DNA from: the human T2T-CHM13v2.0 reference genome, Homo sapiens
Strand: one strand, 5' to 3'
Length of the DNA: 64,000 nt
Assembly (NCBI RefSeq): GCF_009914755.1
Contig: NC_060940.1
Made by a program: the position numbers and the translations under genes. The notes beneath the pieces were generated by a model that was not told the origin of the DNA, did not search any database, and saw only the letters and a list, made by a program, of their open reading frames with translations. The stretch's first letter is position 1; every line of letters begins with the position of its first letter. Shown here one piece after another: positions 28,291 through 43,045 of the stretch.

Positions 28291-28916
28291 AGAAATCCCC
28301 ATAGGTTCTGGAGCCCAATCATCCTGGACTGAGGCCAAGCTCTCTCACTTGCTGTGTGATCTTAGACAGGTGTCTAAACACATCTGGTCCTTGGTTTTCT
28401 TGATATCACCAACCTCCTGGGGTGGTTGTGAGCATTAAGCATATAAGAACCCTCATCTAATACATGCCCAGGTCATCTCAGCTATTATTATTTTAACGTT
28501 ATTCCTTTTGCTTTCTTTATCTGATATTCTGAGGATGAATCATTTAAGAACAGCTCTCCTGTTGTCATTCCAAAGCCCCAAATCAGAAAGATGAACCGAG
28601 ATATCCCCTGTTCACCTACCAAGGTGCCTGCCCAAAACACAGGAAGTATCCAGGAAGGGTGGGTGGGGCAGAATTGATGGGGCTGCCCGGCTTATAACAT
28701 CGTGGCAAACAACCTCTGAACACCTCTGGTCACTCACTGATGAGGGACTCATGTGATAATCTCGGTATAATCCAAACAAGAATTGGCTCTCTTAGCATTT
28801 CCAAGACATGAGTGCTCCAGATCTTGCAGGGAAAGGAATACCCAAACTGATGTTCCTCCATTCTTTTTCTTTTTGGAGAGGTTAGTAACCGATTCTATAG
28901 ATTTCTTTAGATATAT

Positions 28917-29202
<286 letters not shown>

Positions 29203-29219
29203 TAGATTTCTGATTAGAG

Positions 29220-29465
29220 CCCTGGTTCTCACCAGGGGAAATTTTGTTACCCATACCCCTCACTCCTCCCCAACCACTGGCAATGTCTGAAGACATTTTC
29301 AGTTGTCATGACTGAGGGAGCAGGTTTGCTCCCAGCATCTAGTTTGCAGAGGCCAGGGATGCTGTTAAACATCCTACAATGCTCAGAGCTGCCCCCCTGC
29401 CCAAAAAAAAAAAGAATGACCTGGCCCACAATGTCAATAGGGCTGCAGTTAAGAAACCCTGGAGT
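29220..29465. mobile_element. MER20-like hAT MITE
   Basis: tggcaatgtctgaagacatttt..gttgtca; gaggccagggatgctgttaaacatcctacaatgc; taagaaaccctg. Confidence 0.8.
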
Positions 29466-30262
29466 AGATTGTAAAGGAAAGCTGGGCAGAGTGGCCACGT
29501 CAACATTACTTATTTGACAGTCCTTTCCTGAGCTTTCTCTGTGCCAGAGCTTGAGCTCACTTGGAAAGGGAGAGCCACAGACCCTTTCTCAATGGCAGCC
29601 ATGAAGATGGGGAAGGCCACCACCAGGACATTTCTCTCCCAAGCCTCCTCCCTCCCTCCCTCCCTCTCTGCATGCTAGAAACACAATGCTGCTTTAAGAT
29701 GTTCCTGGGGCAAACATCCAGAACTCTGTTTCTCTTTCACTGTTTCCAAAGCTGAAATGAGGATGCCCAAGAATGTCTTATTGATTCATGTAATAGATTT
29801 ATTTAATACGCCCATTACCCTGAGGCCCAGGGGAGAGAGGGGCCAGGGGCAGCTTAGGACAATGCACATGGCCATAAAAACCACAACTACATTAAATGTA
29901 ATCAAATGGCTAAAATGTGTCCCAGACCCACATTAGAGGAAGCGTGTCATAACCCTTCTGTCACAACATCAAATTTAAAAGGGGTCTCCAGAAATGGAGA
30001 CTGTGACCCAGGCCAGCCGGCCATGCAGCCGCTTCCTGTGAGCTGTGATTGGAAGACCCAGAAAAGGCCTCTCTGGTCCTAATCTCTGCCACCAAGCCAA
30101 GTCATGATGCCTGGAATCCTACCATTAGATTTGTTCTTTTGGGTAAAGCATTGTTCTCTCTACTCAGTCCTCTTTTAAAGTATAAAATCATTAGAAAAAA
30201 AATGTGATTCATCAACAAATTCCCGAGGATGTGTTAAGTAGTGGTTAAATGCAGTGACTTCA

Positions 30263-30567
<305 letters not shown>

Positions 30568-30599
30568 GCAATGACTTTAAAGCCAGCTGGATTCCTCAG

Positions 30600-30790
30600 G
30601 TTGAGCCTGGGCTCTGTCATTCTGTAGCTGTGTAGCTTGGAATGAACCTCTCTGAGCCTCAGTTTCCTCATCTGTAAAATGGGGATGGTAATAATCCCTT
30701 CTGGCAGGTTTGCTGTGAGAATTAAATGCAAATAAAGCAAAGAAAGCAGTAAGTACAGTGCCAAACTCACAGGAAACTCTCAGTAGGATT
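30600..30790 (+). mobile_element. MIR SINE
   Basis: aacctctctgagcctcagtttcctcatctgtaaaatggggat. Confidence 0.85.
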
Positions 30791-30932
30791 ATGAGTGTGC
30801 TAATAAGAGTGTTGATCAATGGTGGTGACTACGGAGGTGAATGAGTCTTTTTTACACTCGAATTGGAGGTCTAGCTTCACTCTAACTTGAGGTAGGAAGT
30901 TGTCAGTGATCTGGGAGATGTATAAACAGCAG

Positions 30933-31318
30933 TGTATTAGTCCGTTCTCTCACTGCTGTAAAGATACTACCCGAGTAGTATCGTACCCGAGTATGGATAG
31001 TTTATAAAGGAAAGAGGTTTAACCTGTTCACAGTTCCGCATGGCTGGGGAGGCCTCAGGAAACTTACAATCATGGCTGAAGGGGAAAAGGCACTTCTTAC
31101 ATGGCAGAAGGTGAGAGTGTGCGAGTGTGTGTCAGTGCAGGAAAAACTACCGTTTATAAAACCATCAGATCTCGCGAGAATTCACTCCCTGTCAGGGGAA
31201 AAGCATAGGGGAAACTACCCCCATGATCCAATCACTTCCCACCAGGTCTCTGCCTAAACACCTGGGGATTACAATGCGAGATGAAATTTGGGTGGGGATA
31301 CAAAGCCTAATTATATCA
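30933..31318 (-). mobile_element. MaLR solo LTR (MSTA/THE1-type)
   Basis: tgtattagtccgttctc...gggtggggatacaaagcctaattatatca; TG..CA ends; 5-bp TSD agcag/agcgg. Confidence 0.9.
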
Positions 31319-32512
31319 AGCGGGGAGAAAGGCTATCAATTCAGAGGGGCAGTGTGAAGCCAAAAAGCCTTCCCAGAGGAAACTGCATTTGAACTGAGCC
31401 TTAGAGGATATGTGTGTGGCTTGGAAGGATAGGAGTGCAGGATTAAAAATCTGCCAAGATCAGGGCCCCCTGTGAGCAGAGGCCAGGGCAGGATGGCCAC
31501 ATTCAAGGTGCAGGGTGTTCAATAGAGGAGCGCAAAGGGCTGGAGGCAAGCTTCACATTGCTCCCAGACAGACCATGCTCTTTCAGGCTGGCAGCTGCCC
31601 ATATGGGGCACTTTTTTCTAATCTGCACAGAGGCACCCTATGAGCCTTTAATCTACTTCCTGCCTGCTGAAAAAACAGCAGGGAAGTTTCTCCATATGGA
31701 ACTCAGGATGGACCTGGGAAGGTTGCCTGAGGTTAGACGTGGAAGGGCCTCCAGACATGGACTTAAGTTAAGTCTAGGACCTCATGCATTAAAATGGGCC
31801 CGATTTCAATGAATGACTATTACCATCCCCATTTTACAGATGAGGAAACCAAGGCTCAGAGAGGTTTAATGACACTGAGTTCAAATCACTGCCCTGTCAC
31901 TCATGAGCTGCATAACCTTGAACAAATCACTGCACCTCTCTGGGCTTTGACTACTTATTCACTAAATGGTATATAATTCCTGGTTCTTGGGAGATTTAAG
32001 GATTAAATGAGATAATCCAGGGCTTGTAGACAGCCCTGGACATGGTGACATGGTGCTGGGCACAGCACAGGTGCTGCCCAGAAGTTATCTTTAATGTTTC
32101 ATGATCTAATAACAATAACCCCCATTCTGCTAAGACATGTTGATCAGGTATATTACACATTAGCAGGTATGCTAATCAGACAACTGACCTCAAGAAACAG
32201 AAGGGGAAGTGCTCTGAGTGGGACTAATAGAGTGAGTGGGATGGGGTGAGGGAGCACAGAAGGAAATGTGCGGTGGCCAGGAGGCGACGTGACGGTGCTG
32301 AGCCCACTCTTCCGGGGTGGGCCAAGCTCTGTGGTCTCCAGGGAGGATGATGCAGGGCATAGCTGGCCTTGGGACTGGGGCACAAACTCTAGGGCACAGA
32401 GAAGGTGTCTGTTCATGGTCTGCAGACAGGCAGGGACACTGGCTGCCTTGTTTACCACTGGTTTCCCAAGGCCCAGAGTTGACAAAGTGCTCCATAAATA
32501 TTTGTGAATGAG

Positions 32513-32881
32513 TGATATGGTCTGGCCGTGTCCCCACCCAAACCTAATCTTGAATTATAGCCCCCATATATCCCCACAGGTTGTAGGAGGGACCTGGTGG
32601 GTGGTAATTGAATCATGGGAGTGGGTTTTTCCTGTGCTGCTCTCACAATAGTGAATAAATCTCATGAGATCTGATGGTTTTATAAAGGACAGTTCTGTGC
32701 ACACACTGTCTTGCCTGCCACCATGTAAGACATGCCACCTTTGCTCCTCCTTTGCCTTCCTTCATGATTGTGATGCCTCCCCAGACATGTGGAACTGTTG
32801 AGTCCATTAAACCTCTTTTTCTTTATAAATTGCTCAATCTTGGGTATGTCTTTATTAGCAGCGTGAGAACAGACTAATAGA
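32513..32881 (+). mobile_element. MaLR solo LTR (THE1D/MSTA-type) inserted in an L2 tail
   Basis: tgatatggtctggccgtgtccccaccc...gcagcgtgagaacagactaataga; TSD-like atgag/gtgag. Confidence 0.9.
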
Positions 32882-33014
32882 GTGAGTGAATACGAGGATA
32901 GTATAAAAGACATATGGCAAGAGACTGCCATAAAGAGCCCCCAAACCAGATTCAGACTGCAGCCATTGTGTGGGCCTCAGGGTGCTGGTGCACAGCTGTG
33001 ATGGGTGAGGTCAT

Positions 33015-34000
33015 AAATACATGCACGTGCATGCACATACACTCTCAGACACATACATGCTCATAGAGAGACATGCATAGCCCCATGATCACACAGCACA
33101 TGCAGGCATACATGCAAAGATGCTTCCCCCACATACACACATGTGTGCATGCACATTTGCAGGTAAATACACATCCCTCCACACTTACACCACACACACA
33201 CATACACATATTCACAGGTATACACACATTCCCTCCTCTTCTTACACACAGACACATACATCCAGAGATCTGTACACATTCACACACAGATATGCATTCA
33301 CAAGTGTGCAGGCATTTGTATTAACATAGTCATATTCATAGATATAGTCAAATTTTCCCTATCTTCATATATGCAGATACATACATGCATTCACAGATCA
33401 ACATACGTGTCCACATCTTCACACATACAAGTACACACCTTCCCCCACATTCACACACGTAGATGCATACATTCATAGATGGACACGTTTCCCATGTTCA
33501 CAAACCCAGCCACACATTGGCAAGTATACACACATTTACACAAACACACTGACATTCATAGATATCTTCAAATCTTCTCCATCCACACACACACACAGAC
33601 ACACATTCACAGATATACACATGTTCTCACACTCACACAATCACACACATTCATACACATTCATCTCACATATACATACCTTCACAGATAAACACACATT
33701 CCCCCCATAGACACATTGTAAGTCTACATATATTCATAACACACTAATATTCATAGATAGATTCAAATTTCCCCATCTACATTCAGAGACACACACATAT
33801 TCTCCCATATTCACACACAAGACATGCATCTATAGATGTACACACATCTCCTACATCCATGCCCACACATATTCACAGATATATACCCACTGGGACACAG
33901 ACCCAGACACGCATACACAGATATACACACATTCCTCCTCATTCACAGTCACGCATGTTCACAGATAAACACATAGGTCCTCACATTCACACCCCATATA
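33015..34000. repeat. Degenerate CA-rich tandem repeat (~1 kb)
   Basis: Recurring attcayagat and acacacattcc motifs. Confidence 0.85.
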
Positions 34001-34419
34001 CCTGCCCTGTTCTCAGCTGTTGAACAAATTCAAAGCCCTCAGTGCCTCCCAGGCTTGTCTGGAGAACCTCAGAGCTTTCTCCAGAGTGATATCTCAAGTC
34101 ATATGTATCATCCATAACTATACAAGTGGGCATGCTGGTGCATTCTCCTGCCCTGCTCCAGAATGTGCTCCTGTTCCCCCAAGGGCCATGGAGAAGCCTA
34201 GGAGGCCCTGGGTGTGTGTTGGCTGTCATGTTTTTCTTTTTATCCCCTTGGCAAGCTTTTGATCGATGGCATTGGATCAAAACATATCCTCTTCCAATAT
34301 TCTGCTTCTTGTGGACTGACGTTCATGATCCTCCCCCTTCAAATAAGAACCCGGTACACCCAGTCCTCTCTCCATTCACCTTAGGACTCCAAAATCCAGA
34401 CAAGAAACCACCTTTTTGC

Positions 34420-34660
34420 ACTCAATTAAAACAAGCTGCTTTAACCATAAATTAAGTTATAATGCCTGTGCCCACCAGAGGAGCCAGCAAGGCACCCCTT
34501 GCCCTTGTCATAAATTAACTCATTGATCAAATTTTAAATGAATTATAAAAGTTGAAAATTAAATCTGGCTAAATTAGGGGCTTCCCCTGTTATTTTAATG
34601 AAGCGGAAGCCACCAGTGGCTTAGATCAGAGCTGTGACGGCCAAACGTCAGCAGCGGACT
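34420..34660. promoter_or_regulatory. Candidate homeobox-motif enhancer
   Basis: ccataaattaa, gtcataaattaa, ttataaaa, ctaaattagg, ttttaatga in a repeat-free patch. Confidence 0.35.
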
Positions 34661-34976
34661 CCTTCCAGACTCCAACTTGTGCGTCTCTCCACAGCATGAG
34701 AGAGCAGATGTCTCAGTTCTTGGTTCTGGCAGTCCAACCTCGAGCCCAAGAAGTTCTAGTAAACCTGACAATGGATTACTTCTCTGAATGTAATGGGCAT
34801 AGGTAGTTTTACTTATTTATAGTTAATTCCTTAACATGGGAAAAAAATCCAATATCCACGTTTTACCATACTTTCGTATGGTACTCTGAGGTACTTTTGT
34901 ATGGTAAAATGACTCCACATACCATCTCTCAGCTTCAACAAGAAAGAATGTTTGTAGAAATTAAAGCAAAGTATTG

Positions 34977-35266
<290 letters not shown>

Positions 35267-37194
35267 TAAAGCAATGTATTCTATACATGATCATCAATGA
35301 TACCTACTTGCTAGTCTTTCCTTGGTTTTCCCATCCATGACTTTATTGTTTCAGGGGAAGGCAAACTATGAACAAAGAAATCACTGATTAACTTTGTGTT
35401 TCAAATTAGACTCTTTCGAGTGCATAAAGAGACAATGATCAGTTGGGGAAAAGAGAAAACTTTCAAAACTTCCCCTTGTATGTCAAGAGCTAGGTTGAAG
35501 GTATGAACATGGAGTTCTAATGCACACAAAGCCTAGAGAAAATGGAGGTCATGATGTCAAAGAGGTTCCCACCTGACAGGAAGCATAAACAGCCCTTCAG
35601 TGCTTAGGGTTGACCCAGCACAGTGAGACATCATGTCCAACCTGGAGCACCATGGCCAAGGACATGGTCAAGGTGAAGAGGTCTGCTTGCCCACAGCCGG
35701 CACAATGGGGATCCCAAAATTCCCACATGTCCACATAAAGAGATGGAGAAGTCATGGGAAACAGTGAGGCAGGAGTTAAGGTCATGCAACCCCAGAGAGT
35801 GGGCTTTATGAAAAGAGGCCATGGCAGAGACCAAGAGCCTTAGCAGTGGACTCAAGCCTGATGTCTCCCAGACCAGAAGGAGTGGTCCACACCACCAGGT
35901 GTCAATACCAGATGCACAATCACCACGCACCAGGATGTAGGACCCCTCAGCAAAGTCCCAGAGAATAACCGAAGGGTCATCAGTGTCTTCTCTTGGCTGC
36001 CATGAGGCTGTGTAACTTTCCCTTGTACTCAGGCACCATATTGGAAATGACTGGGAAGGAGAGATCACTGGAGAGTGAAGAAACAGCTCTGCAGGAACCT
36101 TGAATAGGTTTCATATTTACCCAGAAGAGACTATCTTAAACCAGAAGTCACGGCAATCAATGAGAATAGAAACCCTAGGGAAAGATGAAGTCAGTTATAG
36201 AAAATACATCAAGTGACATCTGTTAATACATCTGAGTTCTAGTGTGTACATTTTAATGATGCTGTTTAAGGTCACAGAGGAGCATAAAGTACTTGCAGTT
36301 TGCTGATCTTAAACAAAGCTCCAGGTGTGTATTTCCTAGTTTCCTGTTGACCTGATGTAATAATAGTGACTTAACAAAGATCTATGGTATTCTGAGCAGA
36401 GAAGACTATATGGTTGCTGTTACTACTCTTTGTGCGGGTAGAAACATCAGATGAGATAAGGTCACTTGTCTTAAAACATCCGAATTAAGGTCCAAAGGGT
36501 TTTCTTCCTCTTATGGGAACCCCAGAGTCATGGGGAATGATTATTGGTGGGATTTTCCCAAATGCTTTCTCAAAGGAATCTTTCTTGTGCACTCTCTCCC
36601 TCCCAACTGTGCCTTGCATTAGAGATGTCAAAGGGAAGAAAAATCATGTCTGGATGAAAAGCAAGAAAGAAAGATGCTGGGGAAAGAGCTATTTTTAAAT
36701 GAGCTTACTTTTAATGTAAACACATTTAAATCAGAGACAGGGAGGGCCAAAGAGTGGACCTCAAGCCCAGAAAACCCGATTTCAGAGGAGAAGATATTAA
36801 GATTACCAGTTCTCTCTCTCCTTCACATTTCCACCAGCTCATCACCCCTCAGAGGCAAGCCACCAAGCACTCCGGGCCACAAATCAGAAGTGCCACAGAA
36901 GACAGACCCCAGGGAATTGTAATGCCACAGCAGGGCTGTGTTGGGGAGCAGCAGCTCTAATTAACCAGAGCTGGCTTGCAAAGGTGCCAGGGCTGACTGG
37001 CCACTCAGCCCAAAGAGACAGAGAGTGGCAGGAGGGTTATTTAGAATTGAGCAAAGCCCCCTTCAATCAGGCTTTCAACGTAATTAGGAAGCAGAAGAAC
37101 AATTCAGCAGTGGCCTAAGTGGATGTAGCACCAGCCTCGCCTGACAGTTTTTGCCTCTACTTTTATTTGCTCTTTCATTTCTGGACAAAGGGAT

Positions 37195-37785
37195 TAAAGT
37201 TCTTTTCAAACTTTGTGATCGTGGCTCACAGTAAGAAATGCATTTTACATTGCAGTGTAGCATGCGCGCATACACACACACACACACACACAGAAACAAA
37301 AGTTACACATTTGTACTGACCATTCTTTGTGCAATGGACTCTGATACTTTCTTTTCTTTTTAGAGATGGGGTCTTGCTTTGTCACCCGAACTGGAATACA
37401 GTACCACGATTACAGCTCACCACTGCCTGGAATTCCTGGACTCAAGCAATCCTCCTGCTTTAGCCTCTCAAGTGGTTGGAACTACAGACATGTGCCACGC
37501 CCAGCTAATTTTTTTATTTTTATTTTTATTTTTTATTTATTTATTTTTTTTAGAGACAGGGTCTTGCCATTTTGCCCAGGCTGGTCTCGAACTCCTGGGC
37601 TCAAGCAATCCTCCCACTTCAGCCTCTCAAAGTGCTGGAATTATCTCAAAGGCACATGAGCCCCTGTGCCTGGCCAATACTTTCTTTTCTATACTATTTT
37701 ATTCCATATTTTTAAATGCTGGTCATGGTCCACTAAATTGAATTTGCCACCCACTAATGGACTGCAACTGAAAAATAGTGGTCTA
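37195..37785. mobile_element. hAT-Charlie MITE (MER113-like) interrupted by AluJ
   Basis: cacagtaagaaatgcattttacat..; aaatgctggtcatg..cactaaattga..cccactaatgg. Confidence 0.5.
37347..37675 (-). mobile_element. AluJ
   Basis: Alu dimer with expanded middle T-tract; TSD atactttcttttct. Confidence 0.9.
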
Positions 37786-38244
37786 TAACTCTGTGAGCAG
37801 TACCTGCTTGTCTTGATATTTCATTTCTATCCAGAGAGTTTTCAGGTAGGCAATTTGTTTGGGATCTTACACTTTGATTATTTTGAGCCTCCTATATCTA
37901 AGATCCAAGACACATAGCTATTTTGTTGGACTATTGGGATTGAGTTATTGCTATTATTACTAGTAGTAGTGTTTCAGTTATAAATAGGCCCATGAGAGAT
38001 TTCTGGTTACAAAGTCAATGGGGATACAAAGACAATTTCTTGTCAGCTGAATGGAACTCCTGGAATTTCTAAAAAGAAAGTTCTTTCTCTGGGTTCTTTA
38101 GAGAGTTCTGCCTGTCTGGAAATGCAATCGTTACAAAAAGCTTGACATATCTTAGTAAAATTAGATCAGAGCTAGATATCACAACACTTGAGTCGTAGAC
38201 TGGCTCTGATTAGTTATTTGATCTTGAGCAAGGCCTTTATTCAC

Positions 38245-38760
38245 TGTGATGGGCACTATTGGTTGCCTAATTCAGTATTAATGCCCACGCTTTCTTCTTT
38301 GTCATCTCCCGTGATACAGCTGGAAAGCAGATTACCCGCTCTCCCATCATCCTTTGCAGCCAGTGGTGGCCATGTGGCCCAACTCTGACCAATGAGGTAT
38401 CAGCAGAAGTTTGAAAGGAAGAGGGTAGACAGGGAGAGCTTTTGGTTGCCTGATTAAGGTAAGGCTTAGCTGGGGCCGACTCTTCTCTTCATTCTTCCTG
38501 CTTCGAGAGGACATGATTCGGGGAGCTGCGGAAACCCTCTTACAAACCATGTGACACACATGGAGATGAAACCAGCCTAGAAGGGATGACACAGAAGAAT
38601 AATAGGGCCCAGGTTTCTGGTGGCATCACAGAGAACACAAGTATCAGCAACGGCCGGCCCTCGGATTTTTGGTTACTTGAGAAAAAGAAATGTCCGTTTT
38701 AGGCATTGTTGGTTGGATTTTCTGTTTCTTGGAGCCAAATGGCTTCCTAGGTGATATACC
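38245..38760 (+). mobile_element. MaLR LTR (MLT1-type)
   Basis: cccatcatcctttgcagccagtggtggccatgtggcccaactctgaccaatgag; gagccaaatggcttccta. Confidence 0.55.
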
Positions 38761-38839
38761 CTCTCTGGGCAATGTCCAATAAGGACACCATGTCATCAGT
38801 CCCCCTACTTTCCCCACAGAAACATTGTGAGGGTCAAAA

Positions 38840-39058
38840 ATAGGGCTTCTCAGATTTGACACTTTTGACATTTGAGGCCATATAATCCTTTGCTGGAGGA
38901 CCTTTCCTGTGCCCTGTAGGATGCTTAGCAGCTGCCCTGTCCTCTATACACCAGATGCCATGACCAGCCATCCCCAGTTGTGACAACCAAACATGTCTTC
39001 AGACATTGCCAAATGTCCTCTGGGGGACAAAATTGTCTCCAGTTGAGACCCACTGGCC
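38840..39058. mobile_element. MER20-like hAT MITE
   Basis: cctgtgccctgtaggatgcttagcagc..ccagttgtgacaaccaaacatgtcttcagacattgccaaatgtcc..gttgagacccactg. Confidence 0.85.
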
Positions 39059-39201
39059 TCAAGTAATGATGAATATGACTGCACTTTAACACTTAAGATT
39101 TCCAGGAGAAGGGAAAGCATTATTGTCAAGTGTATGGTATTTCCGTTTAGATTTTTTTGGTTGTTAAAACTACACTTAAAAAAATACATTGTATAACTCA
39201 G

Positions 39202-39569
<368 letters not shown>

Positions 39570-39645
39570 TCAAAGGAAAAATCCAGCAATATGTTCGACT
39601 TGACCCATTTCTCCCAGGAAGAGGAGTTGGTGGCTCTGGTATCTA

Positions 39646-40073
<428 letters not shown>

Positions 40074-40783
40074 TCAGTACCAGGAATGTTAAGACCAAGT
40101 GCATTATTAGCAAGTTATTGTAAAGGAGTTACCTTACGATGCCGCCAGATGTTTGGGAGGAAGAGGTTATCCTTGGGCAATGATTCTCCTTCTTTTGAAC
40201 ATAAAAATCTGAATGTCTTTTGAGGATCTCCTTAGCCCAAATTCTCCATCCATGTGATTTGGGAGGAACCATCCCCACTCTAGGTGCCAGGTATAAGATG
40301 TGACCCGGAGCCAAGACAGTTAGCACATCCCAGCATCTGGCCACAACATTTGGTTCACAGACACGTGACCCAATCTGAGCCACAGACCAGTTCTGACTTT
40401 TGGAAGAAGTACAGACGTGGGTGCAGGGCACATAAGCTAGGGTCACTGAAAGCCACTGTACCAATGAGCAGGTGCCCTGCCTGAAGACAGTAACAAAGAG
40501 GAAAGAAGAGGAGAGAGACCAGGCCCTGTAAACATCCTTAGATGTTGGTTTCAGCCTGAAGCTGGGGCTACCCAGGACTTCTTACTGAGTGAGCCAATAA
40601 ATAAATTCTGGGGTTTTTGACTCTCACAAACAAAGCCACGCTTGGTTATTAAAAGACAGAATGGCCTCATTGAAGGTGGTCTGTCTTATAGAGTAGCCCT
40701 CCAGACAGGGAGGGAGGTGCTGATGTATTGGGATGATATATTTCACTTTATAATAAGAAACCTAGCAACATACTTAAAATATT

Positions 40784-40927
40784 GAAGAAAAAGAAGAAGA
40801 GGAGGAGGAGAAGAAAAACAGGAGGGGAGGAGGAGAGAGAAAGAAGAAGAAGGAAGAGGAGGTGGAGAAGGGAGAAGGAGAAGGAGGAAAGAAAGAGGGA
40901 GGAGGAGAAGGAGGAGGAAAGAAGAAT
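40784..40927 (+). repeat. GA-rich polypurine repeat
   Basis: Mixed gaa/gga/gag tract. Confidence 0.9.
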
Positions 40928-43042
40928 CCAAACAATAAAACAAACGGAAACAAACCTAGGAGTCTGTGTGCCTGTGAATCCCTCCTCTCCCGGCAGAATA
41001 TATCAGAGAGATGTGGGAAACTTGACTCTAAGAGGCCATACTCTGGAGCCGGACATTAATAAAGATGTCTTTGGGGGACTCAGAAACTCATAAAATAGAG
41101 TCTGGCTGAGCCCCGAGGTACGGGGTGGCAGCTTGCCCAGAACACTGTCAGGAGCCACTAAAGCTTCTGAAACTCCAGAAATATGGATTCTCTCTCTCTT
41201 TTTTTTCTCCCTCTCTCTCTCTCAGAGGAAAACTTGACCCACATAAATATTGTCTGATGACACGTGTTGAGGTTGCTGGCAGAAGTTCCAGGCACTCCCA
41301 CCTGCTGTATTTTTGCCACCATGACAAATGAAAAACAACAAGGCCAGGGCTAGGGTGGCACCTGCTTCAGGGCACAGCAGCCTTGCTCCTTCTTGGAAAC
41401 CCTGAAGGTGTGCGCAGGTCCAGACAATCATAGCTCAGGCCCATTTTCAGACACACTGGTTTCTCCTGGAGTGGACACACACGTGGACACAGCATGATCA
41501 CATTAGGGTTTACTCTTGGTGTTGTACATTTTATGGGTTTAGACAGTTGCAAATCTTCCTGATTCTATGGTTCCTTTGGCTCCTGAGAGGGTTGCATGTC
41601 CTCTTAAGTTGACACTGATTTTGTGACTTAGGCCAAAATCATTAAAAATGACATCACACAGACTAAGGGTCATGTGGCTCTCTGGGCAGTGAGGCTGAAA
41701 AATGTCCTCTTTGTCCAAAGGAAAATGATTTGGGGGCAAACAAAACAAAACAAAATCATCTCACTCATGACAACTACATGCCAGAACACCTTTCTTTCAT
41801 ATCGACTCAGGCTCAAACATTCACTCTGAGACCCTCAGCAAGTGAACTGGCTTCTTGGCTATCCACTTCTTTATCAGAGAAAAGTGGCTGATAATCTCCC
41901 TCATCCCTCATGTATTGTGAGAAATGTGTGCCTGGCATAGAAACATACAATAGTTGCCATCATCATAATCATCACTATTGTCATTGTAGCCACAGAGCAA
42001 AGTTCTGGGTTCAGCCGTTTGCCAACCTCACTGCAGAGCAGAGCTCAGAAGACAGCCCAGTGCCTTCTCGTGGTGCCTACTTCCTGAGGGCTGCCAAGCA
42101 AAATGAAATTTGGATTGGTGCTAGTTGGAAATATATAAGAGTTTCTTCCAAATAATAACCCCAGGATTATAAGAGATTACTTATTTTTTGGTATCTGTCA
42201 TCATACTTTTCACACAACAGGGGCTCAACTGAACTTAGCAATCAAAAATTGTTGATTGATTAGAAATTACCTGTGTGAACCACAGAGTCTCCCTTTGCTG
42301 GGAGTGGGCAGTGGTGGCATTTGAGTATGTCTCAGAGCCCCCAGGTGTGAAGTGCTCATTCCCTTCTCCAACTAATGTCGGGCCACAGATGCCAAAACAG
42401 CCCCATCCAGAGCTCTGCTTCATAAATAATCGGTCAGACACAAATTTGACTTAATCAAGGAAGGCTATATAAAGCAGATTAATGACATTTTGATGAACTT
42501 TTCAACTCAATTTGAAAAGCCATGCTACGTTAACCACCATTTCCAATTACCCTCCAGGAAAAATTCTGGAGAAAGTTGAGACCCCTCTAAAGTACAAAAT
42601 GTACTTGTAGAGAGATGGTGATCTATACCACAGTCATCTTCTAAGATCCCTTCCACATGAATGGTCAAGGAAAAAAACAACAACAACTGAACCAACCAAA
42701 CAAAATGAGTTCTCTTTCTTCAGGGGAATATTCCAACATTTTCAAACAAAAGATGGAATTTAGCACCATTTGATTTGCATCTAAAAGGTACTTAAATGTG
42801 GGCAAATCAGGGCAAAGGCTGAGGCAAAGCCTTCTACTGGACATGCCTCAGTTTCCCCTCTTTAAAGGCACTAGTAGTGGAGTGGTTGCCTTTAAGGTCT
42901 CTCTCCTGGTATGGTAACAGGCACTGGGGGAGTGATTGGTTGACCAGCCTCCCCCTACTAAAGCCTAAAGCTCCCTGAGGAGAGGGACTTTTGACTATTT
43001 TGTTCACTGCTGTGAAACCATTGAGCAGGGATAGGATTTGAC

Positions 43043-43045
<3 letters not shown>

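Noticed and set aside
33045-33691. His/Thr- and Cys/Val-rich ORFs
   Set aside because: Products of the CA-rich repeat
33015-34000. CRISPR-like repeat/spacer array
   Set aside because: Eukaryotic DNA; repeats are degenerate with no constant repeat and unique spacers
40743-41093. K/R/E-rich ORFs
   Set aside because: Translations of a GA-rich simple repeat
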